From contig CAJFSY010000001.1 in assembly GCA_904419785.1 (NCBI GenBank), forward strand, positions 263,078 to 327,077: 64,000 nucleotides of DNA. Direction: 5' to 3'. Positions 34,448 to 45,176 of this stretch are shown piece after piece. Below the pieces are notes generated by a model that worked only from the letters and a program-made list of their open reading frames with translations, ran no database searches and had not been told where the DNA came from. Each line of letters begins with the position of its first letter. The stretch's first letter is position 1. This DNA comes from an uncultured Neglectibacter sp. Its GTDB lineage: Bacteria; Bacillota; Clostridia; Oscillospirales; Acutalibacteraceae. The translations under genes were made by a program, and so were the position numbers.

Positions 34448-34885
34448 TTAATCTACAATGCTGTCGATCTTTATCACGCCTTCCACCTGCTTCAAGTTCT
34501 CTAAAAGCTGTCCGGGCGTTTGTTCCATTTTATCAATACGGGCCGAAACAGACACGAAAGCTCTCCCCTTTACCGGGATATTCTGGTTCACCGTAAGGAT
34601 GTTGGCACCCGCCCTATAGAACACCGTCAACAAACTTACCAGAACACCTGGCCGGTCTGTCAAATTGACCTGCACGGTCAAAATGCCTGAAGACGCCTTT
34701 TGGGTATATGGAAACACCGCGTCCCGGTATTTATAATATACGCTGCGGGAAATACCCGCTATACGCACTGCCTCAGATGCGGTGGACGCCTCTCCACTCT
34801 CTAGCAGGGCGTTAGCTTTCACCACTTTTTGATAGACCTCCGGCAGTGCTTTTTCATCCACTACAAGATAAGAATCGCTTTTCAT
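34448..34885 (-). CDS. ACT-domain protein (UPF0735 / PheB-like)
   Basis: 145 aa with an N-terminal HTH-like segment (AGISRSVYYKYRD) plus an ACT domain. It is the first gene of the hom-thrB cluster. Confidence 0.75.
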   Translation of the reverse strand: MKSDSYLVVDEKALPEVYQKVVKANALLESGEASTASEAVRIAGISRSVYYKYRDAVFPYTQKASSGILTVQVNLTDRPGVLVSLLTVFYRAGANILTVNQNIPVKGRAFVSVSARIDKMEQTPGQLLENLKQVEGVIKIDSIVD

Positions 34886-34924
34886 TGTTCACCTACAAAA
34901 TACGTTTGTATTGTTACAGCGAAC

Positions 34925-34953
34925 AGTTTAGCAGAATACGAGGAAAAAATCAA
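34925..34953 (-). promoter_or_regulatory. Sigma-A promoter candidate for the ACT-hom-thrB unit
   Basis: Minus strand reads TTGATT-N17-TAAACT. Confidence 0.5.
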
Positions 34954-34967
34954 GCCCCAGCTAAAAC

Positions 34968-35007
34968 AAAAACTGCCGAAAAGAGCCAACAACTCACGGC
35001 AGTTTTT
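34968..35007 (-). terminator. Terminator after the PBP1A gene
   Basis: Stem ctgccg / cggcag flanked by aaaaa and ttttt, with an 18-nt loop. Confidence 0.5.
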
Positions 35008-35035
35008 GCATATTTATCCAATTACTCGTTTGCCA

Positions 35036-37612
35036 TTACCCAATCACACCAGAAGTGGTGACATCTCCCCCACCTCCTGGCGGCGGTGTAGGTGTTTCAG
35101 GTGTCGAAGAACTTTCAGACGGTTCTGGTGGTGGTTCCGGAGTCGGGTCTTCCGAAGGCGCAGGCGTAATCTCGCTGCTAGAGGATTCAGAACCAGAGCT
35201 GGAACTTTCTGAACCGGAACTCTCAGAACCACTGGAAGTCGGGTCTTCCGAAGAGACTCCCGAAGAAGGTTCTTCCGAGGGTCCGGGAGAAAGCGTAGGC
35301 CCTTCTGACGGAGGCGGAGAAACCGTAGGCGCATCTGAAGCGCTGGGCGAGACCGAAGGCAACACAGCGGGTCCGGCGATATGGTCAGAGCCGCCATTGC
35401 AGGTTCCCGGCAGATTATTGCCGTCATACCAACCGTAGGCTGTATCATAACAGTTAGCGCCAGCTAGCTTACCGCTGCTACGGCAGAACAGACGCTGTCC
35501 TACATTTTCACTGAGGACCCAGTTTTTATCGCTCCAATCGTAATTGTTGTTGAGATACTGGATGACTGCTTTCCAAGTTACCTTTGCAGTATCAGGGTCT
35601 GAAAGTTCTGAGGGCGAAGGATAACCATTCCAGATACCTGCCACGCAGAAAGGCGTACCGCCAACAAAGGTCAAGTCTTTTGTATCATTGGTAGTACCAG
35701 TCTTGGCGTACATATCCACACCAATATCATACATGATATTGGCCGCTGTACCATTATATCCTTCCACAGGGCGGTGCAGCAGTTTGTTCATAATGGTAGC
35801 GTTTTCAGTGGACATGACCTGCTCGCCAACGTTATCCCGATTGTCAAGAATCACGTTGCCATCATGGTCTTTCACATAGGTATACGTGTAAGGTTTATAA
35901 TAATAACCGCCATTAGCGAACACACAAAAAGCCGCTGTCATTTCCCGCATAGTAACGCCGTAAGACATACCGCCCAACGCCATTGCGGAAAGGCTGTGAG
36001 AGTCATCTTCAGTAAGGGTTGTAAAGTGCAGTTTTTCAGTCAGCCATTGATAGCAAGCTTCGGTAGTCAGTTCTTGAGCAAGCCAAGCTGCAGGGGCGTT
36101 CTGGGAAATCTCAATAGCCTCATCCACGTTCATATACCCGGTATAGGTTAGTGAGAAGTTGGAAGGGCCTTCTTCCGTAGAACCTGGACCATAATAGTCC
36201 GGGACAGGCTGATCCTTCAAAACAGAACCATAAGTGATGGTATCCGTCTCTAATCCCAGAGAATATACACTGACAGGCTTAAAAGAAGAACCCGGCTGCC
36301 GCTTGGAATCCGTAGCGTTATTCCATAAGCGAACACCATCCCGCTCGTAACGGCTGCCGATTACAGCGATAACACGGCCTGTATAAGGGTCCATAATAAA
36401 CATACCAGCTTCAATGTCTTCATCCGCTGGCATACAATCGCCGTTAATGAACATATTTTCCAAGTCTGTTTGAATCTTAGGATTCATGGCGCTGTGAATT
36501 TCAAGGCCGGAGTTATAGATCATATCTACAGCCCGCTCATAAGAATAACCATACTGCTTTTGCAAATCTCTGGCAATATCTTCAAACATGGTATCGATAT
36601 ACCAGTTCCAATCATCCAGATCCTGCTGTTCTTCTACAGTTTCGGTTTCTTCCACTTTCACATCGCCAAACGTCATGGTCTCAAGTTCTGCCAGAGCTTG
36701 GTTATATTCTTCTTGCGTGATAGGCACAAGCTGGCCTTCCAGCTCTTCGCTGATCACCAGTTCATCGTTTTCCTCATTCCCGTCGGAAAGTTTCCACATA
36801 CGATCCAGCACTACTTCTCCCCGGACTTTGGCCTCGTCGGGGAAAATTAGGGGGTTAAACTGGGAGGGGTTCTGGGTGATACCTGCGATTACAGCACACT
36901 GGGCCAAAGAACACTCTGCAATGCTCTTGCCAAAATACGCTTTGGCGGCAGCTTCCACGCCTTCATTCTGGCCGCCGTAGTTTACCACGTTCAGATAGGC
37001 TTCCAAAATTTGCTGCTTTGAATACTTTTTCTCCATATTCAAAGCGGTAAAAATCTCCCGAACTTTGCGCAGAATACTCACCTGTTTCTCGCCGGTGATA
37101 TTCTTGATAAGCTGCTGGGTCAAGGTAGAACCGCCACCGCCGCCCGAATGGGTAAACAGCTTGTACACAGCGCCCATGGTATTCCACCAGTCCACGCCGT
37201 CATGCTCGCTGAAACGGTGGTCCTCAATAGCTACCTGGGCCGTTTTCATATAAGCGGGAATGTCGTTTAACGATACCCACTCACGGTTGGCGTCCTTATA
37301 AATGGTCATGTATTCTGTGGCATTGCCCTGCTCGTCATCCACATACACAAAGCTGGAATAGCTAAGGGACATGGCAGAAAGATCCGGGGGCTCGATATCC
37401 CGAAAGCTAAGCAAAAAAGACGCCACCGACAAAAAGACCAAGACTCCTGTAATAAACAGAATCCAGAAAATAGTTTTAAAAGCTTTTAAAACCATTCCGC
37501 CCATGGTTTTCGCGGTAGCACCCGCCGACTGGGACAATTCGCCTTCCGACCGCTGGGACGGAGTCCCTATAGAAGTGGTGTTGTACTTGTTCAAGTCCTT
37601 TTTATCTAACAC
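35036..37612 (-). CDS. Class A penicillin-binding protein (PBP1A: glycosyltransferase plus transpeptidase) with a Ser/Pro/Glu-rich tail
   Basis: GT51 motifs (EDHRFSEHDGVD, GGSTLTQQLIKN) and transpeptidase motifs (SSFKP, KTGTT). The probable GTG start at 37612 follows an AAGGAGG SD. The maximal ORF runs to 37708. Confidence 0.85.
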   Translation of the reverse strand: MLDKKDLNKYNTTSIGTPSQRSEGELSQSAGATAKTMGGMVLKAFKTIFWILFITGVLVFLSVASFLLSFRDIEPPDLSAMSLSYSSFVYVDDEQGNATEYMTIYKDANREWVSLNDIPAYMKTAQVAIEDHRFSEHDGVDWWNTMGAVYKLFTHSGGGGGSTLTQQLIKNITGEKQVSILRKVREIFTALNMEKKYSKQQILEAYLNVVNYGGQNEGVEAAAKAYFGKSIAECSLAQCAVIAGITQNPSQFNPLIFPDEAKVRGEVVLDRMWKLSDGNEENDELVISEELEGQLVPITQEEYNQALAELETMTFGDVKVEETETVEEQQDLDDWNWYIDTMFEDIARDLQKQYGYSYERAVDMIYNSGLEIHSAMNPKIQTDLENMFINGDCMPADEDIEAGMFIMDPYTGRVIAVIGSRYERDGVRLWNNATDSKRQPGSSFKPVSVYSLGLETDTITYGSVLKDQPVPDYYGPGSTEEGPSNFSLTYTGYMNVDEAIEISQNAPAAWLAQELTTEACYQWLTEKLHFTTLTEDDSHSLSAMALGGMSYGVTMREMTAAFCVFANGGYYYKPYTYTYVKDHDGNVILDNRDNVGEQVMSTENATIMNKLLHRPVEGYNGTAANIMYDIGVDMYAKTGTTNDTKDLTFVGGTPFCVAGIWNGYPSPSELSDPDTAKVTWKAVIQYLNNNYDWSDKNWVLSENVGQRLFCRSSGKLAGANCYDTAYGWYDGNNLPGTCNGGSDHIAGPAVLPSVSPSASDAPTVSPPPSEGPTLSPGPSEEPSSGVSSEDPTSSGSESSGSESSSSGSESSSSEITPAPSEDPTPEPPPEPSESSSTPETPTPPPGGGGDVTTSGVIG

Positions 37613-37687
37613 GGTTTCCTCCTTAAAGCGTCCAACGCCTGAATACTTGGCATAAAGTGGGAGAAAATATCCCATACTTCTGCCGAG

Positions 37688-38098
37688 GTGATTTCTTTGG
37701 ATGATCAAAAACCGAAAGATTACAAAAAACCCACGATACTGGCCGTAATCATCACAGCAGCTGCCCTGCTGGTATCTTTGCTGTCACTTTCCCTAAAAGG
37801 GATTGCCGCAGTGCCGGTGCAGGGAATCCCCGCCCAAAATGATACGACCTATTATACCCCAAAGCCTGACGCAAGTCAAGAAACCGCGTCAGACCCTTTA
37901 TCGGAATCTGAAGGGCCTTATCGGATAACCATCTATCAAGGTAAGATCGGGGTATTTCAAAAAGGGGAAACAGAACCTTGCCTGACTGCTGACGTAGACG
38001 TGTACTTGCTTCCGAAAGAAGATGTGGACCTTCTGCGGGCGGGCATCAACGCCGAAAATTTAAAAGAAGCAAAACAAATTTTAGAAGACTACGAGTAA
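37688..38098 (+). CDS. Membrane-anchored hypothetical protein
   Basis: 136-aa ORF with a GTG/TTG start region. It has one TM helix (ILAVIITAAALLVSLLSLSL) and a C-terminal YRITIYQGKIGVF...LPKEDVDLLRAGI...LEDYE domain. It is divergent from the PBP gene. Confidence 0.5.
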   Translation: MISLDDQKPKDYKKPTILAVIITAAALLVSLLSLSLKGIAAVPVQGIPAQNDTTYYTPKPDASQETASDPLSESEGPYRITIYQGKIGVFQKGETEPCLTADVDVYLLPKEDVDLLRAGINAENLKEAKQILEDYE

Positions 38099-38106
38099 AA
38101 AGCGAA

Positions 38107-38131
38107 CGCCCTGCCGGTTTCCGGCAGGGCG
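38107..38131. terminator. Hairpin terminator between convergent genes
   Basis: Perfect 10-bp stem gccctgccgg / ccggcagggc (11 bp if the flanking C-G pair at 38107/38131 is included) with loop ttt. A T-tract follows on the minus strand. Confidence 0.55.
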
Positions 38132-38149
38132 CTTGCGTGAAGAATCGAT

Positions 38150-38341
38150 TTACTTCATATTCTTCTCATAAGACTCGATCATCTTTTTCACCATCTGGCC
38201 CCCGATGGAACCGGCCTGGCGGGAGGTCAGGTCGCCGTTGTAGCCCTGCTTCAGGTTTACGCCAACCTCAGAGGCGGACTCCATCTTAAAGCGGTTCATT
38301 GCTTCCTTAGCTTCGGGTACCATACTGGAATTGCTCTTCAT
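38150..38341 (-). CDS. Alpha/beta-type small acid-soluble spore protein
   Basis: EAMNRFKMESASEVGV and LTSRQAGSIGGQMVKKMIE are hallmark SASP motifs. ATG 38341 follows a GAAGGAG SD. Confidence 0.9.
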   Translation of the reverse strand: MKSNSSMVPEAKEAMNRFKMESASEVGVNLKQGYNGDLTSRQAGSIGGQMVKKMIESYEKNMK

Positions 38342-38504
38342 TTTTGTTTTCTCCTTCACAAAAGTTTTTTTCTCGCGTTTGCATTACCTAGTGTGACTCC
38401 TCCATCGCCGCTTATGAATGACAATTCTTGCTAGTTCCGGGGAAATTGACCTTTTTTAAACAAAAACCCTTAATTGCGCTTTTCATAATAATAAAGGCAA
38501 AGAA

Positions 38505-38540
38505 AAAACTGTCTCTTTCTTCTGTGAAAAAGACAGTTTT
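38505..38540 (-). terminator. Rho-independent terminator after the glycerate kinase gene
   Basis: Stem aaaactgtct / agacagtttt with a T-run on the minus strand. Confidence 0.6.
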
Positions 38541-38573
38541 GGAATAACGATTCAATTTATCGGACATATCGCT

Positions 38574-39719
38574 TTAGAACAACGCCAGCAGCCGGGCAAT
38601 ATTTTCCATGGTCAGTGACAGGTTTTCCGCCGCGTGATGACGGGACTCGGAAAACGGCTCTGCCGCACGGTTAATGCTGAACACCGCTCCCAGTCCTTTT
38701 TCGTACATAGGCTCGAACCCAGGACCGATCTGCCCCACCACCGCTATAACGGGAACGCCTGCTTTTTTCCCTCGCTCTGCTACACCGGACACCACCTTGC
38801 CACGGATACTTTGAGAATCGATTTTCCCTTCGCCGGTAAATACGAGATCAGCCGTTTGAAGCAGACCGTCAAACCCCGCCGTATCCAGCACCACGTCAAT
38901 GCCCATGCGCAGTTTCCCGCCACAGTATGCCGCCATACCAAATCCTAAACCGCCTGCGGCCCCCGCTCCCGGAAGCTGGGAGAAATCCCGCCCCAAGCAT
39001 TGGGCCGTTACTTTTGCCAGATGGCGCAAACCATTGTCCAACCGTTCTACCATAGATGCATCCGCACCTTTTTGCGGCGCAAACACATACGCAGCTCCGG
39101 TTTCACCAAATAAGGGATTGTCAATATCGCACATGATGGTCAGCTCCATGCCTTCCAGCGCCTTTTTCACCGGAGAACAATCCACTGCGGCAATCTCTCC
39201 CAAAGTGCCGCCAACAGGGATAAATGCTTCGCCGTCTGCCCGGGTAAACACAGCTCCCAGCGCTGATGCCGCACCGACTCCCCCATCGTTGGTACAGCTG
39301 CCCCCCAAACCCAGGATCACCTTTTTACAGCCCGCTTCTTTCGCTGCCAAGATCAATTCCCCCACACCATACGACGTGGCTTTTTCCGGGTCAAGCCGCC
39401 CTTCCGCCAAAGGGAGCCCTGCACAAGCAGCCATCTCCACAACCGCTGTGACGCCATCTTTCAATATTCCAAAGAAGCTCTCTATCGGTTCGCCAAAAGG
39501 GCCTGTTACGGTCAGGGTTTTCCGCTGTCCTCCCACCGCCGCCAGGAAGGCATCCACACTGCCCTCCCCTCCATCCGCTACCGGGATGGAGACCATATCC
39601 GCTTCTGGAAAGAAGCAGCCAAGCTGTTGTGCCATGATCTCGCAAACCTGGCGGGAAGAAAGAGTTCCTTTAAAAGAATCCGGGACAAGTAGGATTCGCC
39701 TCATAATATTCACCCTCAC
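38574..39719 (-). CDS. Glycerate kinase
   Basis: ILLVPDSFKGTLSS N-terminus, and length and Gly-rich motifs typical of the glycerate kinase family. Confidence 0.85.
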   Translation of the reverse strand: MRVNIMRRILLVPDSFKGTLSSRQVCEIMAQQLGCFFPEADMVSIPVADGGEGSVDAFLAAVGGQRKTLTVTGPFGEPIESFFGILKDGVTAVVEMAACAGLPLAEGRLDPEKATSYGVGELILAAKEAGCKKVILGLGGSCTNDGGVGAASALGAVFTRADGEAFIPVGGTLGEIAAVDCSPVKKALEGMELTIMCDIDNPLFGETGAAYVFAPQKGADASMVERLDNGLRHLAKVTAQCLGRDFSQLPGAGAAGGLGFGMAAYCGGKLRMGIDVVLDTAGFDGLLQTADLVFTGEGKIDSQSIRGKVVSGVAERGKKAGVPVIAVVGQIGPGFEPMYEKGLGAVFSINRAAEPFSESRHHAAENLSLTMENIARLLALF

Positions 39720-39786
39720 AGCAAAGTTCTAAATTCAGCAAAACAATTTACATTTTCATTTTAAAAATGAATGTTTGCCGTATGTA

Positions 39787-41214
39787 TCAAAGTTTCAGTC
39801 TTGTCCAGTTGCCCTTTCGGAAACGGATAAACGTAAGGAAGAACCGGACGAACTGGTCGCAAGCCGTACCCAGCCACGCGCCCAGCAGTCCCAGCCCAAG
39901 AGGATAGCACAACAGCCAGCTGACGCCTGGACGAATAAACGTAACACTGACAAGAGACACCAAAGCGGTAAACCGTGTATCGCCGGCGCCGCGCAAACAA
40001 CCAAAAAGCACCACCTGTTCGATCTGCATGAAAAGGATCACGCTCAATATGCGCATGATCATAGCGCCATAATCTAAAATGACTGGGTCAGTGGTATACA
40101 AGAGGAAGATATCCCCTCCAAAGAAGAAATACACAACACCCATCACGCAAGCGCAAAGGAAGCCCACTTTCTGACAGACATTGCCGTAAATCTTCGCCAT
40201 ATCCGGCCGTTTGCGTCCCAGGCTCTGACCGATCAGCGTCACAGACGCCACTGATAAACCGTCTCCAAACGAGAAAGACATGCTCATCATATTCATGCCG
40301 ATCTGATGGGAAGCCAGCTCGGTGGTTCCCAAATGGGCAACGGTCATGGAGAAAAGCAAAAAGCCAATGCGAAGGCATACTTGCTCCACAAAAGAACTAG
40401 ACCACACATTCCCCATGGATTTGATGCTGAGCTTATCCGCGATCCAGCCTTTTACATGCCGCAGACAAATAAAGCTGTTCTTCCGCATCACGGAAAAAAT
40501 GCTCAGCACACAAGCGCAAACGGTGCCCAACACGGTAGCAATAGCCGCACCCCGTACTCCCAATGCGGGAAACCCAAAGTTGCCGCCGATCAACAAATAG
40601 TTAAAAACAACGTTGACCACATTTGAGATCAAATTTGTGATCATGGCGATACGGGTATTGCCGGCGCCACGCTGGGCGGCGTTCAACACCAGCGACACTG
40701 TAGAGAAGCCCTGGCATCCCATAATGATCTGCAAATACTCCACAGCATACTCGTGAGTATCCGGCTGAGAACCGACCATCGTCACGATCGGCCCGGCAAA
40801 GGCCACAAAGATCACGCTGATCAGCGCGGTAAGGATCAAAGTAACTAAAAGGGCCATTCGCACCACCCGGTTGGCGCTCTCACGGTCATCCGCGCCTTTT
40901 CGGCGGGCTACAATGGCGGAAACCGCCACGTTCAAAGAAAGGAACACCGCCAGGCCCAAAAATTTCGGCTGGGTGGTAAGGCCCACGGCAGCGATGGCGT
41001 AAGACCCCAGAGAGCCCACCATGATGGTATCCACCACGCCGGCCAGATTGATAAAGAAAGATTCCAATACAGAAGGCCAAGCCACGGTCAAGGTGTCCCG
41101 GATGATCTGCCGGTCTGAAGGAACCTCCCCCAGTTCCATCCCCTTACAAACCTTCTCGGGATTGATAAATCGCACTGTTTCCCCACTCCTCAAAATAGTT
41201 GATAGTGCAACCAT
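39787..41214 (-). CDS. MATE-family efflux transporter
   Basis: 12-TM profile with MATE-like repeats (AQRGAGNTRIAM, CLRGAGDTRF). The start is uncertain: ATG 41214, GTG 41175 or ATG 41139. The maximal ORF would overlap the dnaJ stop. Confidence 0.8.
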   Translation of the reverse strand: MVALSTILRSGETVRFINPEKVCKGMELGEVPSDRQIIRDTLTVAWPSVLESFFINLAGVVDTIMVGSLGSYAIAAVGLTTQPKFLGLAVFLSLNVAVSAIVARRKGADDRESANRVVRMALLVTLILTALISVIFVAFAGPIVTMVGSQPDTHEYAVEYLQIIMGCQGFSTVSLVLNAAQRGAGNTRIAMITNLISNVVNVVFNYLLIGGNFGFPALGVRGAAIATVLGTVCACVLSIFSVMRKNSFICLRHVKGWIADKLSIKSMGNVWSSSFVEQVCLRIGFLLFSMTVAHLGTTELASHQIGMNMMSMSFSFGDGLSVASVTLIGQSLGRKRPDMAKIYGNVCQKVGFLCACVMGVVYFFFGGDIFLLYTTDPVILDYGAMIMRILSVILFMQIEQVVLFGCLRGAGDTRFTALVSLVSVTFIRPGVSWLLCYPLGLGLLGAWLGTACDQFVRFFLTFIRFRKGNWTRLKL

Positions 41215-41318
41215 TGTATCATGCCCTATAAAAGTTTGCAAGTAGTATGCCCTTTTATTTCCAAAAACAGCAAAAAGAAAAAGCCCCGGCAACCACCGGA
41301 GCTTTTCCCTTGGCAACA

Positions 41319-42464
41319 TCACTCGCCAAACAGGTCCTTTAATTTTCCAAAAAAGCTTTTACGCTTTTGATAGTTCTTCTCATCAGAGGCGTTGTCCAGT
41401 TCTGACAGCAGCTCTTTTTGACGTTTGGACAAGTTCTTGGGGACTTCCACCGTCACCTGAACATACTGATCTCCACGGGCTCTGGAATTCAAACCCTGGA
41501 TACCTTTGCCCTTTAAGCGGAACACATCCCCAGGCTGGGTGCCTTCATGCACATGATAGCTGACTTTACCATCCAATGTGGGGACTTCCACATCCGCTCC
41601 CAAAGCAGCCTGAGTGAAGGTGATGGGCATTTCGCACCACACGTCGTTGCCCCGGCGCTCGAAAATCGGATGGGGACGCACAGACACATACACGTGCAAA
41701 TCGCCGGCCGGGCCGCCATTGGTACCGGCATTGCCCTTGCCCGCCACATTTAAGATCTGCTCGTCATCAATGCCCGCTGGCACTGTGATCTCCAAACTCT
41801 TATGACGGCGCACGCGTCCCTTTCCGTCGCAAGTTTTGCAGGGCGTTTCCACGATCTTGCCCGTACCGCCACAGCGGTCACAGGTCTGCGCGGACTGAAC
41901 CACGCCAAAAGGTGTACGCTGGCTGATACGCACCTGGCCAGTACCGTGACACCGTTCGCAGGTCTTGGGAGAAGTGCCCGCAGCCGCGCCGGTGCCGTGG
42001 CAGTCGGAACAGGTCTCGATTTGAGAATAAGTGACCGTCTTTTTGCAGCCCTTCGCGGCTTCCTCAAAGGAGATCGCGATATTAGCCTGCACATCGCTGC
42101 CACGGCGTGGCGCGTTAGGATTCGCTCTACGGGTACCGCCGCCAAAACCGCCGAAAAAGCTGTCGAAAATATCGGAGAAATCGAAACCAGCGCCCTGGAA
42201 AGGATTGCCGCCAGCCGCTCCGCCGCCAAAGTTGGGGTCTACTCCGGCGTGGCCGAACTGGTCGTAGCGCGCGCGCTTCTCGCTGTCGGAGAGCACTTCA
42301 TAGGCCTCGTTCACTTCTTTGAATTTAGCTTCCGCGTCTTTATCTCCTGGGTTTAAGTCCGGATGATACTTTTTCGCCAGTTTCCGATACGCCTTTTTGA
42401 TCTCGTCTTCCGAGGCGCCTTTGGCAACACCCAACACCTCATAATAATCCCGTTTATCCGCCAT
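41319..42464 (-). CDS. dnaJ: Molecular chaperone DnaJ
   Basis: J-domain (DYYEVLGV...HPD), a G/F region and four CxxCxGxG zinc-finger repeats. Confidence 0.95.
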   Translation of the reverse strand: MADKRDYYEVLGVAKGASEDEIKKAYRKLAKKYHPDLNPGDKDAEAKFKEVNEAYEVLSDSEKRARYDQFGHAGVDPNFGGGAAGGNPFQGAGFDFSDIFDSFFGGFGGGTRRANPNAPRRGSDVQANIAISFEEAAKGCKKTVTYSQIETCSDCHGTGAAAGTSPKTCERCHGTGQVRISQRTPFGVVQSAQTCDRCGGTGKIVETPCKTCDGKGRVRRHKSLEITVPAGIDDEQILNVAGKGNAGTNGGPAGDLHVYVSVRPHPIFERRGNDVWCEMPITFTQAALGADVEVPTLDGKVSYHVHEGTQPGDVFRLKGKGIQGLNSRARGDQYVQVTVEVPKNLSKRQKELLSELDNASDEKNYQKRKSFFGKLKDLFGE

Positions 42465-42603
42465 GATCCATCACTCCCAAGCGGCCAAGGGTGCCGCTGT
42501 TCTCAAACCAATTTTTTCTCAAACGCTGTTATCTACCCAAAAGATGCAGGGACAGTTTCCCTGCCCCCGCATCTTGAACAATTAAGCCTTGCAAAAAAGG
42601 CTA

Positions 42604-44460
42604 TCAGTCAACTTCTTTATAGTCGGCGTCGTATACGTTGCCGTCGCCGCCGTTATTGCCGCCGCCAGGATTGCCGCCGTTAAAAGGAGGCTGCTGACCG
42701 GGGTCGCCGGGGTTGCCCTGACCAGGGTTAGATTGCTGATACAGTTTTTCGCTGGCAGCGTAAACTGCTTTCTGCAAATCATCCATGCCGCTCTTGATCG
42801 CGTCTACCGTACCGGTCTTCAGCGTCTCGCGCAGGCCCGCGACTTTGGTGTTGATCTCATTCTTATCGGTGTCAGTCAGCTTGTCGCCGCTGTCTTTTAC
42901 CAATTTCTCGGCGGTATAGCACAAGTTCTCCGCGTTGTTCTTGGTATCCACTTCCTCACGGCGCTTCTTATCCTCTTCTGCAAACTGTTCAGCAGCCTTC
43001 ACAGCACGGTCGATATCTTCCTTGCTCATGTTGGAGCTGGAGCTGATAGTGATGTGCTGCTCTTTGCCGGTGCCCAAATCCTTAGCGGACACGTTCACAA
43101 TACCGTTGGCGTCGATATCGAAGGTAACCTCGATCTGAGGGATGCCACGGGGAGCGGGAGCGATGCCGTCCAGTTTGAACAAGCCCAGCTGCTTGTTGTC
43201 ACGGGCAAACTCACGTTCGCCCTGCAGCACGTTGACTTCCACCTGAGTCTGGCCGTCGGCAGCGGTAGAGAAGATCTGGCTCTTCTTGGTGGGGATGGTG
43301 GTGTTGCGGTCGATGATCTTGGTCATGACGCCGCCCATGGTCTCCACGCCCAAGGACAAGGGAGTTACATCCAGCAGCAGCAAGCCCTGGACTTCGCCGC
43401 CCAGCACGCCGGCCTGAATGGCAGCGCCAATAGCCACGCATTCGTCGGGGTTGATACCCTTGAAGGGCTCTTTGCCGATAAAGTTCTTTACTGCGTCCTG
43501 CACAGCAGGGATACGGGAAGAACCGCCCACCAGCAAAACTTTGCTGATATCGTTGATGGACAGGCCGGAGTCGGACAAGGCCTGTCGCACAGGGCCCATG
43601 GTCTTTTCAACCAGGTCAGCGGTAAGCTCGTTAAACTTAGCGCGGCTCAGGGTCATATCCAAGTGCTTGGGGCCGGTAGCGTCAGCGGTGATAAAGGGCA
43701 GATTGATGGCCGCGCTGGTCACGCCGGAAAGCTCGATTTTAGCTTTCTCAGCAGCTTCCTTGATACGCTGCATCGCCATCTTATCACCGGACAAATCAAT
43801 GCCCTGCTCAGCCTTGAAGCTGTTCAGAATCCAGTCCATGATGCGCTGGTCGAAATCGTCGCCGCCCAAGCGGTTGTTACCCGCGGTAGCCAGCACTTCC
43901 TGAACACCGTCGCCCATCTCGATGATGGACACGTCGAAGGTGCCGCCGCCCAAGTCGTACACCATGACTTTCTGGTCGTTATCCTTATCTACGCCATAGG
44001 ACAAAGCCGCGGCAGTAGGCTCGTTGATGATACGTTTGACCTCCAGGCCGGCAATCTTGCCAGCGTCCTTGGTGGCCTGACGCTGAGCGTCGGTGAAGTA
44101 TGCAGGCACGGTGATGACCGCGCTGGTGACAGGCTCGCCCAGATAAGCTTCTGCGTCGGCCTTCAGCTTTTGCAGGATCATAGCGGAGATTTCCTGAGGA
44201 GTATAGCTCTTATCATCGATGGTCACTTTATAATTGGAGCCCATCTCACGCTTGATAGAGGAAACAGTCCGCTCCGGGTTGGTGATTGCCTGACGCTTTG
44301 CCACCTGGCCCACCATACGCTCGCCTGTCTTGGAAAATGCTACCACAGAAGGGGTCGTGCGGGCGCCTTCCGCATTGGCGATTACAACGGGTTCGCCGCC
44401 TTCAATAACCGCTACACAGGAATTTGTAGTACCTAAGTCAATACCAATTGTCTTTGCCAT
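42604..44460 (-). CDS. dnaK: Molecular chaperone DnaK (Hsp70)
   Basis: [18 protein letters not shown] and [11 protein letters not shown] signatures. Confidence 0.97.
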   Translation of the reverse strand: MAKTIGIDLGTTNSCVAVIEGGEPVVIANAEGARTTPSVVAFSKTGERMVGQVAKRQAITNPERTVSSIKREMGSNYKVTIDDKSYTPQEISAMILQKLKADAEAYLGEPVTSAVITVPAYFTDAQRQATKDAGKIAGLEVKRIINEPTAAALSYGVDKDNDQKVMVYDLGGGTFDVSIIEMGDGVQEVLATAGNNRLGGDDFDQRIMDWILNSFKAEQGIDLSGDKMAMQRIKEAAEKAKIELSGVTSAAINLPFITADATGPKHLDMTLSRAKFNELTADLVEKTMGPVRQALSDSGLSINDISKVLLVGGSSRIPAVQDAVKNFIGKEPFKGINPDECVAIGAAIQAGVLGGEVQGLLLLDVTPLSLGVETMGGVMTKIIDRNTTIPTKKSQIFSTAADGQTQVEVNVLQGEREFARDNKQLGLFKLDGIAPAPRGIPQIEVTFDIDANGIVNVSAKDLGTGKEQHITISSSSNMSKEDIDRAVKAAEQFAEEDKKRREEVDTKNNAENLCYTAEKLVKDSGDKLTDTDKNEINTKVAGLRETLKTGTVDAIKSGMDDLQKAVYAASEKLYQQSNPGQGNPGDPGQQPPFNGGNPGGGNNGGDGNVYDADYKEVD

Positions 44461-44540
44461 AATAAACTACCTTCCTTTGCTCTCTAAAAATATCATGAAA
44501 GAATTCACTGTATGTCAAATTGAAATGAATTTCCTATTTT

Positions 44541-45113
44541 CTAATTGGCCACTTGAACCATTGCGTGGCGGACCACCCGGTCCCCCAGCATATAGCCCTT
44601 TTGATATACCGCGGCGATCACGTTCTCGCCCAAGGTAGTATTTTCGATATGGGCCACAGCGTTATGCAGGTTGGGATCGAACGGCTCTCCTACTTGGCCC
44701 ATCTCGGTTATCCCCAGCTTTTCAAAGCAGGCTACGATCTGGTTCTCGATCATCTCAACGCCTTTGCGCATATCCTCAGCCGAAGCGTTCTCCTGGCTCA
44801 AGGCCCGCTCGATATTGTCCGCTATGGGAAGAATCGCCTGAATGGTATCGGACACCGCGTTGTTGTAGATGGCGTTTTTTTCATTTTGGGAACGCTTACG
44901 GAAATTATCATATTCCGCCAGCACCCGCAAATGCTGCTGCTTGTGCTCTTCAAATTCTTTTTGAAGCTTTTGCAGTTCCGTCTCCTCAGAAGCTGTTTTC
45001 TGAGTTTCCTCAGCTTTTACGGTCTGTTCCTCCTCTTGTTTCACTGTCTGCTCCTGCTCCGGGGCCTCCGGCTTTTTGTCCTTTTGGGGCTCCTTGTTTT
45101 TGTCTTTCGCCAT
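44541..45113 (-). CDS. grpE: Nucleotide exchange factor GrpE
   Basis: Charged N-terminus, coiled coil and a C-terminal GrpE beta-domain (FDPNLHNAV...GYMLGDRVVRHAMV). Confidence 0.93.
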   Translation of the reverse strand: MAKDKNKEPQKDKKPEAPEQEQTVKQEEEQTVKAEETQKTASEETELQKLQKEFEEHKQQHLRVLAEYDNFRKRSQNEKNAIYNNAVSDTIQAILPIADNIERALSQENASAEDMRKGVEMIENQIVACFEKLGITEMGQVGEPFDPNLHNAVAHIENTTLGENVIAAVYQKGYMLGDRVVRHAMVQVAN

Positions 45114-45176
45114 GTTCCCGGCTCCCTTCTGAAATCTTACCGCAAACGGGAAATATCCCGCCTTGTTTATGACCGT

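Noticed and set aside
38389-38417. Forespore sigma-G-type promoter upstream of the SASP gene (TCATAA ... CACACTA on the minus strand)
   Set aside because: This is plausible biologically. However, the match and spacing (16 nt) are approximate and I cannot score it reliably by eye, so I did not list it as a feature.
42589-44436. 615-aa ORF on the plus strand, antisense to dnaK
   Set aside because: It lies entirely inside the dnaK coding region on the opposite strand. It has a low-complexity Ala/Gly/Leu/Val-rich translation and no SD or promoter. Long stop-free antisense frames are a known by-product of codon bias in highly expressed genes such as dnaK.
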